Below, one piece after another: positions 19,454 to 28,900 of a stretch of DNA of 64,000 bases. Each line of letters begins with the position of its first letter. The stretch's first letter is position 1. The DNA lies in assembly GCA_030525085.1 (NCBI GenBank), contig JAUNFK010000001.1, forward strand, positions 13,516 to 77,515, read 5' to 3'. The DNA comes from a bacterium (lineage in GTDB: Bacteria; Bacillota_I; Bacilli_A; RF39; UBA660). The notes under the pieces were generated by a model that worked only from the letters and a program-made list of their open reading frames with translations, was not told the DNA's origin and ran no database searches. Position numbers and translations under genes: made by a program.

Positions 19454-20503
19454 ATGAATATCAAAATGATATTTAATGAATTTATTAACGAAGCATCAAA
19501 AGGTGAGGTTAGTGCATACTTCACCTACAACATAATATTTGAAACCATAATTAATAATCAAAAAGTTACCTCTTCACAAACTAAAGAAGGGACAATTATT
19601 CCTTGCCTTAATATTAGAAATTTAGATGAATTTACTAAATTACTGGAAATATATATTAAAAAAGCCCTAGATTTTTATGACTTATCATCATTTGAAGGAA
19701 CTGAAAAAGAAAAGATAAAAATGATTATTGCATCTTTATTTGCAAACGCTACATTCGATGACTTTGCAAACCCAATAGAGTTCCTAAATAGAAGAATTAA
19801 CTTTTTTGAAAACAGTCAAGAAGAAAATCTAAAAAGCGCATTTATTCCATCTTTAAGTAGCACATTAAATGCATCTATAACTAAGGATAAAATTTATAAT
19901 GAAACACCATACTCATTTCAAGCAGCTTTAAGAAGTGACGATGGAGTATTTAAATTACCGGAAGTAAAATTTGGTATAGCAGATAATACACTTTATATCT
20001 ATGCAATCCAAAACATCCCTCAAGAAAAAAGTCAGTTTACAAAGAAAATAAACAGAGCTCTTTACAAAGTAAATGATGGCTTTCAAGATGACAGTACTGC
20101 AAATCTAGGTGATACAACAGCAAGTTTTCTTATCGTTAGTGCAATTATTCTTTCATACATGCAAACTAAAAATATTACCAAAATAAAAATATCAAATATT
20201 CTTATCGAAAGATGGAATGCTAAAAGAATAGCAATTTCCAAAAAAACAAAATTTAAAAATTTGCCAAAAGAAGAAGAGGAAGCACTAATTAAAGATCAAG
20301 AAAGAATTCAATCAAATTTAACTGAAAAATTTATAAGAACATTTTTAAGATTATCAGGACAATATAAAAATCTAGAAATCTCTGCATATCCTTATGAAAT
20401 AGATTCTTATTTATCACTAAATGTAACCGGTAAACTAATAAGTGAAAACACACTATTAAATGATATTAGCAGTGGCATCACAAATAATGTCAAGCACTTA
20501 TAA
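19454..20503 (+). CDS. Hypothetical protein
   Basis: 349-aa ORF with coding-like composition. No motif recognised. Confidence 0.5.
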   Translation: MNIKMIFNEFINEASKGEVSAYFTYNIIFETIINNQKVTSSQTKEGTIIPCLNIRNLDEFTKLLEIYIKKALDFYDLSSFEGTEKEKIKMIIASLFANATFDDFANPIEFLNRRINFFENSQEENLKSAFIPSLSSTLNASITKDKIYNETPYSFQAALRSDDGVFKLPEVKFGIADNTLYIYAIQNIPQEKSQFTKKINRALYKVNDGFQDDSTANLGDTTASFLIVSAIILSYMQTKNITKIKISNILIERWNAKRIAISKKTKFKNLPKEEEEALIKDQERIQSNLTEKFIRTFLRLSGQYKNLEISAYPYEIDSYLSLNVTGKLISENTLLNDISSGITNNVKHL

Positions 20504-20578
20504 ATTACCTTTACATCATTTATACTTTAGATTTTACATTAATATTCTTTCATGATATACTTTTAAAGTGAGGTAAAA

Positions 20579-21451
20579 ATGAAAAGCAAGAAGTTTATTA
20601 TAATAGCAATTATAATTATCATTATAGGAAGTATTTATCCAATTTATTATATAATCAAAAAAAATCAAAAAACAGAAAATAAATATTATTATTACGAATT
20701 AAAAAACAATTCAATAACACTATTATCAAATGGCAAAATTGTAAATTTTTATAATTGTGATAATGAATGTAGTGTTTATGAAAATTACTTTGAAAATGGT
20801 AAAATCCTTTTAAAAGAAAACGATAAAATATATTTATATGACCTCGTTAAAGGAGCAAAACTATCATCAGATTATGAAAATGTTTATTTCATAAAAGACG
20901 AAGAAAATGTAGTAAAATATTTACTAGTAAAAAACGGACAATATTACGGAATAATTAATATGTCAGGTTCTGTAACTGTAAACCTAAACTACAAAGAATT
21001 AGGCAAAATAGATGGCACTAATGTTATAAATTTAAGTGTTAAAGACGATTACATTACTGCATTAAGTGATAACCTATATGGATTAATATCCCTTACAAAT
21101 GGTAAAGGAGTAATCGACTTCCAATACGAAAATATTACTATAGAAAATAATAAAATTATTGCTAAAGAATCAGGCAAATGGTATTTAATTGGTAAAGATA
21201 ATCGTAAAATAATTAAAACAGGATACGATGAATTAATTCCTCTAACTGAAAATAACATTGTAAGAGAAAATAACAGTATTTATTTAATTGACGAACAAGG
21301 AAATATTATAAGTGAAAAACTAGTTTTAAATAAAAACGAAATTATTGAAAAATACGAAGATGAAATTTTACAAATCGTAAACGAAGAAACAGCAAAAAGA
21401 GCAAAGTATATTTATGATAAAGAGTCAAACAAATTCACAAAAACAAAGTAG
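20579..21451 (+). CDS. Membrane-anchored WG (KWG)-repeat protein
   Basis: N-terminal TM, with repeated 'YGIINMSG' and 'YGLISLTNGKGVIDFQYENI' units. Confidence 0.5.
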   Translation: MKSKKFIIIAIIIIIIGSIYPIYYIIKKNQKTENKYYYYELKNNSITLLSNGKIVNFYNCDNECSVYENYFENGKILLKENDKIYLYDLVKGAKLSSDYENVYFIKDEENVVKYLLVKNGQYYGIINMSGSVTVNLNYKELGKIDGTNVINLSVKDDYITALSDNLYGLISLTNGKGVIDFQYENITIENNKIIAKESGKWYLIGKDNRKIIKTGYDELIPLTENNIVRENNSIYLIDEQGNIISEKLVLNKNEIIEKYEDEILQIVNEETAKRAKYIYDKESNKFTKTK

Positions 21452-21459
21452 GAGAGAGT

Positions 21460-22323
21460 ATGAAGTATGTATTTATAATAAATCCTGCAAGTGGAAAAAC
21501 TGATTACAATAAAATTAAAGAAAACATCATGAAAAATCTAGAAAATGAAAACTACGAAATCTATGAAACTAAAGCTCCGAAAGAAGCAACTAAAATTGCC
21601 AGTCGTTTTAAAAATGAAGAAGGAACAGTTGTTTACTCAGTAGGTGGAGATGGAACTTTAAATGAAGTCATTAATGGAATTGCTGAAGGAAAATGTAAGC
21701 TAGGAATAATTCCAACCGGCTCGGGGAACGACTTCTATCGTAGTTTAAAAGAATCTCCTAATGAAGAAATAAGAGTAGATTTAGGTAAAGTAAATGATAG
21801 ATATTTTATTAATATAGCAAGTGTTGGAATGGACGCTGAAACATGCAACAACGCAAATAAAATAAAAAGTAAACTTAAAATAGGTATAGCATATTACCTA
21901 GGCCTAATCCACACGTTTATAACATTCAAAAGTAAAAGACTAAAACTAAAAATTGACAAAAATATCTATGCTGGTGACTATATAATTGCTGCTATTTGCA
22001 ACGGAAAATATTATGGTGGAGGATTTAAAATAGCTCCAGTAGCATCATTCGATGATAATAAATTTGATATTTATTTAGTAAGCAAAGCAAATAAACTTAA
22101 ACTAATCAAAATTTTATTAGCTCTTCTAAAAAGTGAACATGAAAATTACAATGAGGTTAGAAAATATACAGGTAAAAATATCACAATATCTTCAGAAAAC
22201 AACCTTATCGTAAATATAGATGGCGAAATAACTATCTCTAAAAATATTGAAATTCAAATGATTGAAGATGCAATTTATATTCATAATGATAATGCATTAG
22301 TTCAAAAAATAATGTCATTATAA
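21460..22323 (+). CDS. Diacylglycerol kinase-family lipid kinase (YegS/DagK type)
   Basis: 'VYSVGGDGTLNEVINGI', 'IIPTGSGNDF' and a C-terminal 'NIDGE'. Confidence 0.8.
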   Translation: MKYVFIINPASGKTDYNKIKENIMKNLENENYEIYETKAPKEATKIASRFKNEEGTVVYSVGGDGTLNEVINGIAEGKCKLGIIPTGSGNDFYRSLKESPNEEIRVDLGKVNDRYFINIASVGMDAETCNNANKIKSKLKIGIAYYLGLIHTFITFKSKRLKLKIDKNIYAGDYIIAAICNGKYYGGGFKIAPVASFDDNKFDIYLVSKANKLKLIKILLALLKSEHENYNEVRKYTGKNITISSENNLIVNIDGEITISKNIEIQMIEDAIYIHNDNALVQKIMSL

Positions 22324-22328
22324 CAAAA

Positions 22329-22354
22329 TAAAAACCACAATATAGTGGTTTTTA
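22329..22354. terminator. Bidirectional terminator between convergent genes
   Basis: AAAACCAC-aatata-GTGGTTTT, flanked by A- and T-runs. Confidence 0.6.
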
Positions 22355-22357
22355 TTA

Positions 22358-23107
22358 TTACTTCTTATCTTTCCCTTTAATAGCTTCTAGTATTTCAATA
22401 GGTAGCGCAATAACAATTGTATTTGCTTTATCTGCTGAAATATCACTTAAAGTTGATAATGTTCTTAAGTGTAGTGCACCAGGTGTAGAAGTCATAGTTT
22501 CTGCAGCTTTTGCTAAATTCTCAGCAGCCATAGCTTCACCTTCAGCCTTAGTAATAACAGCAGCTTTTTCTCTTTCAGCTTCAGCAGCGATTGCTAAAAC
22601 TCTCTTCATTTCCTCAGGAAGTGAAATATCCTTAAGTTCAACATTTTCAACTTTAATTCCCCAAGGATCAGTAGCTTCATCAATTATCTTACAAATTTCT
22701 TCAGAAATCTTATCTCTTTGAACAAGTAATTCATCTAAAGTTACAGCACCGACTGCATTTCTCATAGTAGTTTGAGCAAGTTGTCCAACAGCAAACTTAT
22801 AATTCTCAACTGAAATTATAACTTTAGAAGCATCAAAAATACTATAATATAAAACTGCATTTATTCTAATTGAAACGTTATCTTTAGTAATAGCATCTTG
22901 TTCTGGAACATCAACTGCCTTAGTACGAATATCAATTTTCTTCATACTTTCAATGATTGGAAGTACTAATCTCCAACCAGGTCCAACAATTTTTGAATAT
23001 TTACCAAACTTAAACTTAACGCCTCTTTCATATTCATCAACTTGTCTAATAGAGCGTAGTAAAATAATTACAACAACTACTAAAACAATAATCATAAAAG
23101 TATCCAT
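22358..23107 (-). CDS. SPFH/band 7 (stomatin/slipin-like) membrane protein
   Basis: N-terminal TM followed by 'YERGVKFKFGKY', 'DVPEQDAITKDNV' and an Ala/Glu-rich C-terminal coil. Confidence 0.85.
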   Translation of the reverse strand: MDTFMIIVLVVVVIILLRSIRQVDEYERGVKFKFGKYSKIVGPGWRLVLPIIESMKKIDIRTKAVDVPEQDAITKDNVSIRINAVLYYSIFDASKVIISVENYKFAVGQLAQTTMRNAVGAVTLDELLVQRDKISEEICKIIDEATDPWGIKVENVELKDISLPEEMKRVLAIAAEAEREKAAVITKAEGEAMAAENLAKAAETMTSTPGALHLRTLSTLSDISADKANTIVIALPIEILEAIKGKDKK

Positions 23108-23206
23108 AAATTCTCCCTTCTAAAATAATTATATTATAATAATTTAAAGATTGCAAAAAAACTGAATTTAAATTATAATTTACTTAAGATAGAAAAGAGG
23201 TAGATT

Positions 23207-23776
23207 ATGTTTAAATCTAAAGAAAGACGTTTTAAAAATAAAGTAAATCTAATAACATCAGGAGTTATTTTAACTCTCGGTGTATTATTATTTATATTTC
23301 CTTGGTTTGGAATAGAAGAGCCAAATAATCTATTATATTTATTATTTGCTATCTATGCAGGAATAAAATTAATAGAGTATATCTTAACAAGAAATGGTAC
23401 AGACAGAGAAAACTTATATACAGCAATCGCTTGTGCATTAGCATCAGTTAGTGGCTTTAAATTTAGTGAATATTCTTCACCAATGGTTCTTAGTTTAACA
23501 TTAGTATCATGGGTAGGAATAATGTCAGTAATAAAATTAATTAAATTAGATTATTATCATGACCGCAAAAATGGCATGTTCTATGTTAATTTAATATCTT
23601 TCTCACTATTTTTATTACTAGGACTACTAACAAGTATTAATTTATATTTTAATGCAACTGTTGAAACTCTAATGCTAGCATTCTTCTTTGTATGTAATGG
23701 AATATTATCTCTTGCTGAAAATGGTATCAGAATACTAGTAACAAGCAAAGACTTAAAAATCAAAGATATTCATTAG
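23207..23776 (+). CDS. Polytopic membrane protein (HdeD/DUF308-like?)
   Basis: Six hydrophobic segments. The family assignment is tentative. Confidence 0.4.
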   Translation: MFKSKERRFKNKVNLITSGVILTLGVLLFIFPWFGIEEPNNLLYLLFAIYAGIKLIEYILTRNGTDRENLYTAIACALASVSGFKFSEYSSPMVLSLTLVSWVGIMSVIKLIKLDYYHDRKNGMFYVNLISFSLFLLLGLLTSINLYFNATVETLMLAFFFVCNGILSLAENGIRILVTSKDLKIKDIH

Positions 23777-23881
23777 ACATCACTAATTGTGATGTTTTTC
23801 TTTTACTTTACACTTTGTAACTATTCAAATATTTGGTAAATTGTCCACTTTGTGCTACAATAAACCTTGAAAGAGGCTTCT

Positions 23882-24463
23882 ATGAAAGAGAAAGTAGTAA
23901 CTAAAAATCAATTAAATAAACATTTATTCTTATATAAAAGCATCTTTTACAAAAATATAAAATTTAAAACAAATGATAACGATGAAGAAACTCAGAATCT
24001 CATTAACGGACTAAACATTAAAAACCGCAAAAACCGCATTAAATATGTATTTGATAAATGCTGTGAAATATTGGATAATGACTTTCCTTCAAACGCTTGC
24101 CAGTTTGTTAATGGACAGTGCATAGTGCAAAGGCAAAATAAAAGTACCCAAAAATGTGGTTGCTGTAGATATTGTGAATATGTTACTAAAAATGGTTGCC
24201 CATCCAAAAATGTCGCTTGCAAAATATTTAACTGTAGTGAAGTAACTAAAAAGTACAAACTAAAAACTAAAAAAGACTTATATTTATTAAAGTTACTAAG
24301 TATGAAAAATCGCGAAGTAATAACTCATAACTACTTTACTATAGAAGAAGAATCACTAAAAGACTTATACACATTAACATACACATATGCGTTTTTAAGG
24401 ATGGTATATAGACAAATAAGAAGACTATTTAGAAAGGATAAGTATTTATACTTAAACAAATAA
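23882..24463 (+). CDS. Cys-rich protein, possible metal-cluster-binding, unknown function
   Basis: GAAAGAGG precedes ATG 23882. The cysteine cluster reads 'CQFVNGQC...CGCCRYCEY...GCPSKNVACKIFNC'. Confidence 0.45.
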   Translation: MKEKVVTKNQLNKHLFLYKSIFYKNIKFKTNDNDEETQNLINGLNIKNRKNRIKYVFDKCCEILDNDFPSNACQFVNGQCIVQRQNKSTQKCGCCRYCEYVTKNGCPSKNVACKIFNCSEVTKKYKLKTKKDLYLLKLLSMKNREVITHNYFTIEEESLKDLYTLTYTYAFLRMVYRQIRRLFRKDKYLYLNK

Positions 24464-24464
24464 A

Positions 24465-25316
24465 ATGGAAACAGTAAATGATTTTAAAAATTATGAAATA
24501 ATCAGTATGAGTAATGGCTATAAATATGAAAAGTGGGGAAAATACTATCTTAAAAGACCAGACCCAGAAATAATATGGCCAGGAAATGAAAATATTAAAG
24601 TAGATGCCCAGTACACTAGAAGTAACACTGGTGGAGGTTCATGGAACATTTTAACTAACATGAAAGATAGCTGGCAAATCAGATATCAAGATTTAGTATT
24701 TAACCTAAAACTAATGGGCTTTAAACATACTGGATTATTTCCAGAACAAGCATACAACTGGAATATTATAAGAGAAACTATAAAACGCGCAAATCGTAAA
24801 GTGAAAGTACTTAATCTATTTGCATACACAGGTGCAGCCAGTATTGCAGCTCTAAAAGAACATGCAGAAGTAGTACATGTAGATGCATCAAAAGGCATGA
24901 TCGACTGGGCCAAAGAAAATGTTATCTCAAATAACTTACAAAATGAAAATATCAAATTCTATGTTGACGATGTAAAAAAATTAGTAAAAAGAGAAATTCG
25001 CCGAGGCAATAAATATGACATCATCATAATGGACCCTCCATCATTTGGTAGAGGAGCTAAAAACGAAGTATGGCAAGTTGAAAAAGATTTATATAATTTA
25101 ATTAAAGACGCAAGCACACTTCTATCGGACGATGCTCTCTTATTCATCGTAAACACATACACAACAGGGCTATCAATGACTGTAATTGAAAATATTTTAA
25201 AACTAACAATAAATAAAAAAGGAAACTTTATTAGCACAGAGCTTGGAATAGAAGCAAGTAATGGCTTAAAACTTCCTTGTGGAATAACAGTAAGGTGGGA
25301 GAAAAATGGAAGATAA
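24465..25316 (+). CDS. Class I SAM-dependent methyltransferase (RlmI/RlmK-like PF10672 type)
   Basis: 'LNLFAYTGAASIAA', 'HVDASK' and 'IIMDPPSFG'. Confidence 0.7.
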   Translation: METVNDFKNYEIISMSNGYKYEKWGKYYLKRPDPEIIWPGNENIKVDAQYTRSNTGGGSWNILTNMKDSWQIRYQDLVFNLKLMGFKHTGLFPEQAYNWNIIRETIKRANRKVKVLNLFAYTGAASIAALKEHAEVVHVDASKGMIDWAKENVISNNLQNENIKFYVDDVKKLVKREIRRGNKYDIIIMDPPSFGRGAKNEVWQVEKDLYNLIKDASTLLSDDALLFIVNTYTTGLSMTVIENILKLTINKKGNFISTELGIEASNGLKLPCGITVRWEKNGR

Positions 25317-25887
25317 ATATATTAGTAAAAGATATACAGGAGATATACCTGGAATTAAAATATACATGAATCATAATGGAGTATTTAAAGAATGCATACC
25401 ATTATTACTTCGTATGAGAAGCCTTGATATGAATACATTATTTTATAGACTTAGTGACCTGTCACCAGAATTACAAGAAGAATATAGTGACATGGCAATA
25501 TCGCCTAAAGAACTACTAGACAAAAGAGTTAAAATAGGCAAAAATGGTCAATATGTAGTTGATAATGATGGCACTAAAGTACGCGTAACCGAAAATACAT
25601 ATCTACTACCAATAGTAGGAAACTTCTTACCATCCGATGGTGTAAATGCTTTCACTGTAAAAAATGTTAATGGTAAACTTGAACTAGTTCCAATCATTGT
25701 CTGCGTAAACTGTCACTGGGCTGAATTATTTACTGGACAAACAAAATACAAAAACAATGTTTTCTGCCTAGCATCTGACTTAGAACCAGAATCATTAAGC
25801 AATTTTGTTGATAAAATAATTACCTTAAAACAAGTGCCAGAATATCTTGCTAACGCTGAAGAATACAAATATGGTATCATAAAATAA
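25306..25887 (+). CDS. Hypothetical protein
   Basis: 193-aa ORF that overlaps the upstream methyltransferase gene by 11 nt, suggesting they form an operon. Confidence 0.5.
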   Translation: MEDKYISKRYTGDIPGIKIYMNHNGVFKECIPLLLRMRSLDMNTLFYRLSDLSPELQEEYSDMAISPKELLDKRVKIGKNGQYVVDNDGTKVRVTENTYLLPIVGNFLPSDGVNAFTVKNVNGKLELVPIIVCVNCHWAELFTGQTKYKNNVFCLASDLEPESLSNFVDKIITLKQVPEYLANAEEYKYGIIK

Positions 25888-25919
25888 AATTAGCCTCATA
25901 AATTTTATTGGAGGCATAA

Positions 25920-26180
25920 ATGGAAATTTTAAAAGTATCAAGTAAAAGTAATCCTAGCAAAGTAGCAGGAGCTATCGCCAACGTATTTAGAGAACAAGGC
26001 ATAGCAGAAATTCAAACAATTGGAGCTGGAAGCTTAAACCAAGCAATCAAAGCTGTCGCAATTGCTAGAGGATTTGTTGCTCCAAGTGGTAAAAATCTAG
26101 TAATTATTCCTGCATTCTCGGATATAATGATAGACGGTTCAGAAAAAACTGCTATCAAACTTATAATAGAAGCCAAATAG
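25920..26180 (+). CDS. spoVS: Stage V sporulation protein S
   Basis: 86 aa. 'LKVSSKSNPSKVAGAIA' and 'IQTIGAGSLNQAIKAVAIARGF' match SpoVS closely. Confidence 0.9.
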   Translation: MEILKVSSKSNPSKVAGAIANVFREQGIAEIQTIGAGSLNQAIKAVAIARGFVAPSGKNLVIIPAFSDIMIDGSEKTAIKLIIEAK

Positions 26181-26237
26181 GTTTCTTTTTTGATGCAAAA
26201 ATATTAAGAATTTGATATAATATCACTGGCGATTTAT

Positions 26238-27524
26238 ATGGAATTAACAAAAGAATATATTAAAAAAGTATCTAAGCTAAAAAATGAGCCAGAATGGATG
26301 TTAGACTTTAGATTAAAATCTTTTGAAAAATTTAAAGAACTAGACAATCCAACATTTGGCCCTAAAATTGAATTAGATTTAAATAAAATAAATTATTACA
26401 AAAAAATAGGTAACTTAACAAACAACTGGGACAACGTTGAAGAAAAAGTAAAACAAACATTTAAAACTCTTGGAGTAATAGATGCTGAAAACAAGTACTT
26501 ATGTGGCGTATCAAACCAGATTGAAAGCGAAGTAATCTATCACAACATGAAAGAAGAAAATGGTGTAATCTTTTTAAGTACAGATGAGGCCTTAAAAGAA
26601 TACCCAGAACTATTTAAAGAATATTTTAATAACCTAGTAAAATATGACGAAAATAAATATACAGCTCTTAACGGAGCAATCTGGAGTGGTGGTTCATTCA
26701 TTTACATTCCTAAAGGAGTTAAACTAGATAGACCCCTACAAAGCTACTTCAGAATAGACACCGTAACTATGGGGCAGTTTGAAAGAACTATCATTATTGT
26801 AGATGAAGGAGCAGAGCTTTCATATATCGAAGGATGCACAGCAGCATCATACTCAGAAAACTCACTTCATGCAGGCGTAGTTGAAATCTACGTTAAAAAG
26901 AATGCAAAATGTAAATACAGCACAATTCAAAACTGGAGTACCGATGTCTACAACCTAGTTACAAAAAGATGTATTGTTGACGAAGGTGGCTTCATGCAGT
27001 GGATAGATGGAAACATCGGAAGCAAAGTAACCATGAAATATCCATCATGTATTTTAAGAGGAGACTATGCAAGTGCTTCATCAATAAGCATCGCTTACGC
27101 CAAAGAAAATCAAAAATTAGATGCTGGAGCTAAAATGATCCATCTAGGCAAAAATACTAAGAGCACAATAATCTCAAAAAGTATTGCAGCAAGTGGTGGA
27201 GAAAGCAATTATAGAGGACTAGTTAAAATAAGTGCCAATGCTACTAACTCTGACAGTTTTGTTAAATGTGATACGATAATATTAGATGATGAAAGTAAAA
27301 GTGATACATTCCCTAAAAACATCGTATTAAATGATTCAAGCACTATTGAACATGAAGCAACCGTATCAAAAGTAAGTGCTGAAAAACTATTCTATCTTAT
27401 GAGTAAAGGATTATCCGAAAACGAAGCTAAAGAACTCATCATAATGGGCTTTGTATCAGACTTTAAAAAAGAATTACCTTTAGAATATGCCATCGAACTT
27501 AATAGACTTTTAAAAACTGTTTAA
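26238..27524 (+). CDS. sufB: Fe-S cluster assembly protein SufB
   Basis: 'GGSFIYIPKGVKLDRPLQSYFRI', 'YIEGCTA', 'STIQNWS', 'HEATVSKVSAEKLFYLMSKGLSE' and 'LPLEYAIELNRLL'. Confidence 0.8.
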   Translation: MELTKEYIKKVSKLKNEPEWMLDFRLKSFEKFKELDNPTFGPKIELDLNKINYYKKIGNLTNNWDNVEEKVKQTFKTLGVIDAENKYLCGVSNQIESEVIYHNMKEENGVIFLSTDEALKEYPELFKEYFNNLVKYDENKYTALNGAIWSGGSFIYIPKGVKLDRPLQSYFRIDTVTMGQFERTIIIVDEGAELSYIEGCTAASYSENSLHAGVVEIYVKKNAKCKYSTIQNWSTDVYNLVTKRCIVDEGGFMQWIDGNIGSKVTMKYPSCILRGDYASASSISIAYAKENQKLDAGAKMIHLGKNTKSTIISKSIAASGGESNYRGLVKISANATNSDSFVKCDTIILDDESKSDTFPKNIVLNDSSTIEHEATVSKVSAEKLFYLMSKGLSENEAKELIIMGFVSDFKKELPLEYAIELNRLLKTV

Positions 27525-27542
27525 AAAGATATATAAAATAAT

Positions 27543-27580
27543 AAATCTGTACTAAAAAAAGTACAGATTTTTTTTATTTT
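27543..27580 (+). terminator. Intrinsic terminator after sufB
   Basis: AAATCTGTAC-taaaaaaa-GTACAGATTT followed by a T-run. Confidence 0.7.
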
Positions 27581-27677
27581 CATCTGCAAGTTTAAAAATC
27601 TGTCAGCAAAAATCAAAAAAGTACTCTTTGCTCAAGATATTTATCTTGTGCTATAACACTTTCGAAAGGAGGATAAC

Positions 27678-28016
27678 ATGCACAATTTAGTAATGCTAAT
27701 AGGTAGACTTGCCAACGAACCAGAACTAACAAAAACAGAAACTGGTAAAAAAGTTTTAACAATTCGTTTGGCCGTTCAAAGAACATATAAAAATCCTGAC
27801 GGAATTTACGAAGCTGATTTCATAAGATGCAAACTCTGGGATGGAATAGCAGAAAGAGCAAGTGAATACTGCCACAAAGGAGACCTAATCGCAGTTCGTG
27901 GACAAATAAGAAATGAAACATACGAAGATAAAGATAGTGAAAAGAAATATCTAACTGAAATAATTGTAGATAAACTTAATTTTCTTGTAACCAACAAAGA
28001 AAAAAAACAGCAATAA
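27678..28016 (+). CDS. ssb: Single-stranded DNA-binding protein, short form without the acidic C-terminal tail (SsbB-like)
   Basis: OB-fold pattern 'MLIGRLANEPELTKTETGKKVLTIRLAVQR...FIRCKLWDGIAE...KGDLIAVRGQIRNETYEDKD'. At 112 aa it ends without a DDD(I/L)PF tail. Confidence 0.8.
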   Translation: MHNLVMLIGRLANEPELTKTETGKKVLTIRLAVQRTYKNPDGIYEADFIRCKLWDGIAERASEYCHKGDLIAVRGQIRNETYEDKDSEKKYLTEIIVDKLNFLVTNKEKKQQ

Positions 28017-28051
28017 AGAAGAATAAAAAACATATACTTTATTGGTGACAT

Positions 28052-28822
28052 ATGAAAAAAACAAAGTATATATTTCTCTTAACTCTATCAGCTTTAACAT
28101 TTTATATTACAGATAAAGTGCTAATATTTATTGACGATCAAAAACCACTTATGAAAGAAATTAAACTTAATGCAGCAAAATATGAAACACTCCCAGTAAA
28201 CTCCATCATCAAAGATAACACAATTATTCCAGGACTATCTGGTAAAGAAATAAACTACAAAAAGTCATTAATAAAAATGGAAGATTTCAATGCCTTTAAC
28301 GAAAACTTTCTTGAGTACGACACAGTAATGCCAGAAATATCCCTAGAAAATAATAAAGACAAAATAATTATTAAAGGCAACTTAAAAAAAAGAATGGTAT
28401 CACTTATTTTAGAAGAAGATGCTGAAAAAGAAGAATATCTAGAAAACTCTAAAATAAACTATGACATTATTTCAAACCTAAACACAGATTTTTCTAAAGA
28501 AAGAGAATATTTAAATGGTTACTCAAATAAAGAAGACTTTGACTCGCTAGAAACCATCTTAAAAAAACATAAACTAAATAAAGGAATATGTCTAACATCT
28601 CATAATAATTATGATTACTGTATCAAGAAACAAAAATATATCGTATTGCTATCAAAAGAAAACAATAAAGTAAATGATATTATTAATGAAATAACTAGTG
28701 GAAGTATCATTTATATACCTAAAGCAATGAAACTTTCAACCCTTAAATTAATAATATCTGAAATTCAAAGACAAGATTTAAAAATAGTTTATCTATCAAA
28801 CCTCATAAGTGAAAAAATTTGA
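28052..28822 (+). CDS. Membrane-anchored hypothetical protein
   Basis: N-terminal TM 'YIFLLTLSALTFYI'. No motif recognised. Confidence 0.45.
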   Translation: MKKTKYIFLLTLSALTFYITDKVLIFIDDQKPLMKEIKLNAAKYETLPVNSIIKDNTIIPGLSGKEINYKKSLIKMEDFNAFNENFLEYDTVMPEISLENNKDKIIIKGNLKKRMVSLILEEDAEKEEYLENSKINYDIISNLNTDFSKEREYLNGYSNKEDFDSLETILKKHKLNKGICLTSHNNYDYCIKKQKYIVLLSKENNKVNDIINEITSGSIIYIPKAMKLSTLKLIISEIQRQDLKIVYLSNLISEKI

Positions 28823-28900
28823 TAAATATTAAAAACTCTGCTATAATATATAAGCAATTAGAAAACTTGTAATTTTTTATAGAAAAGAGTGAAATTTTAT

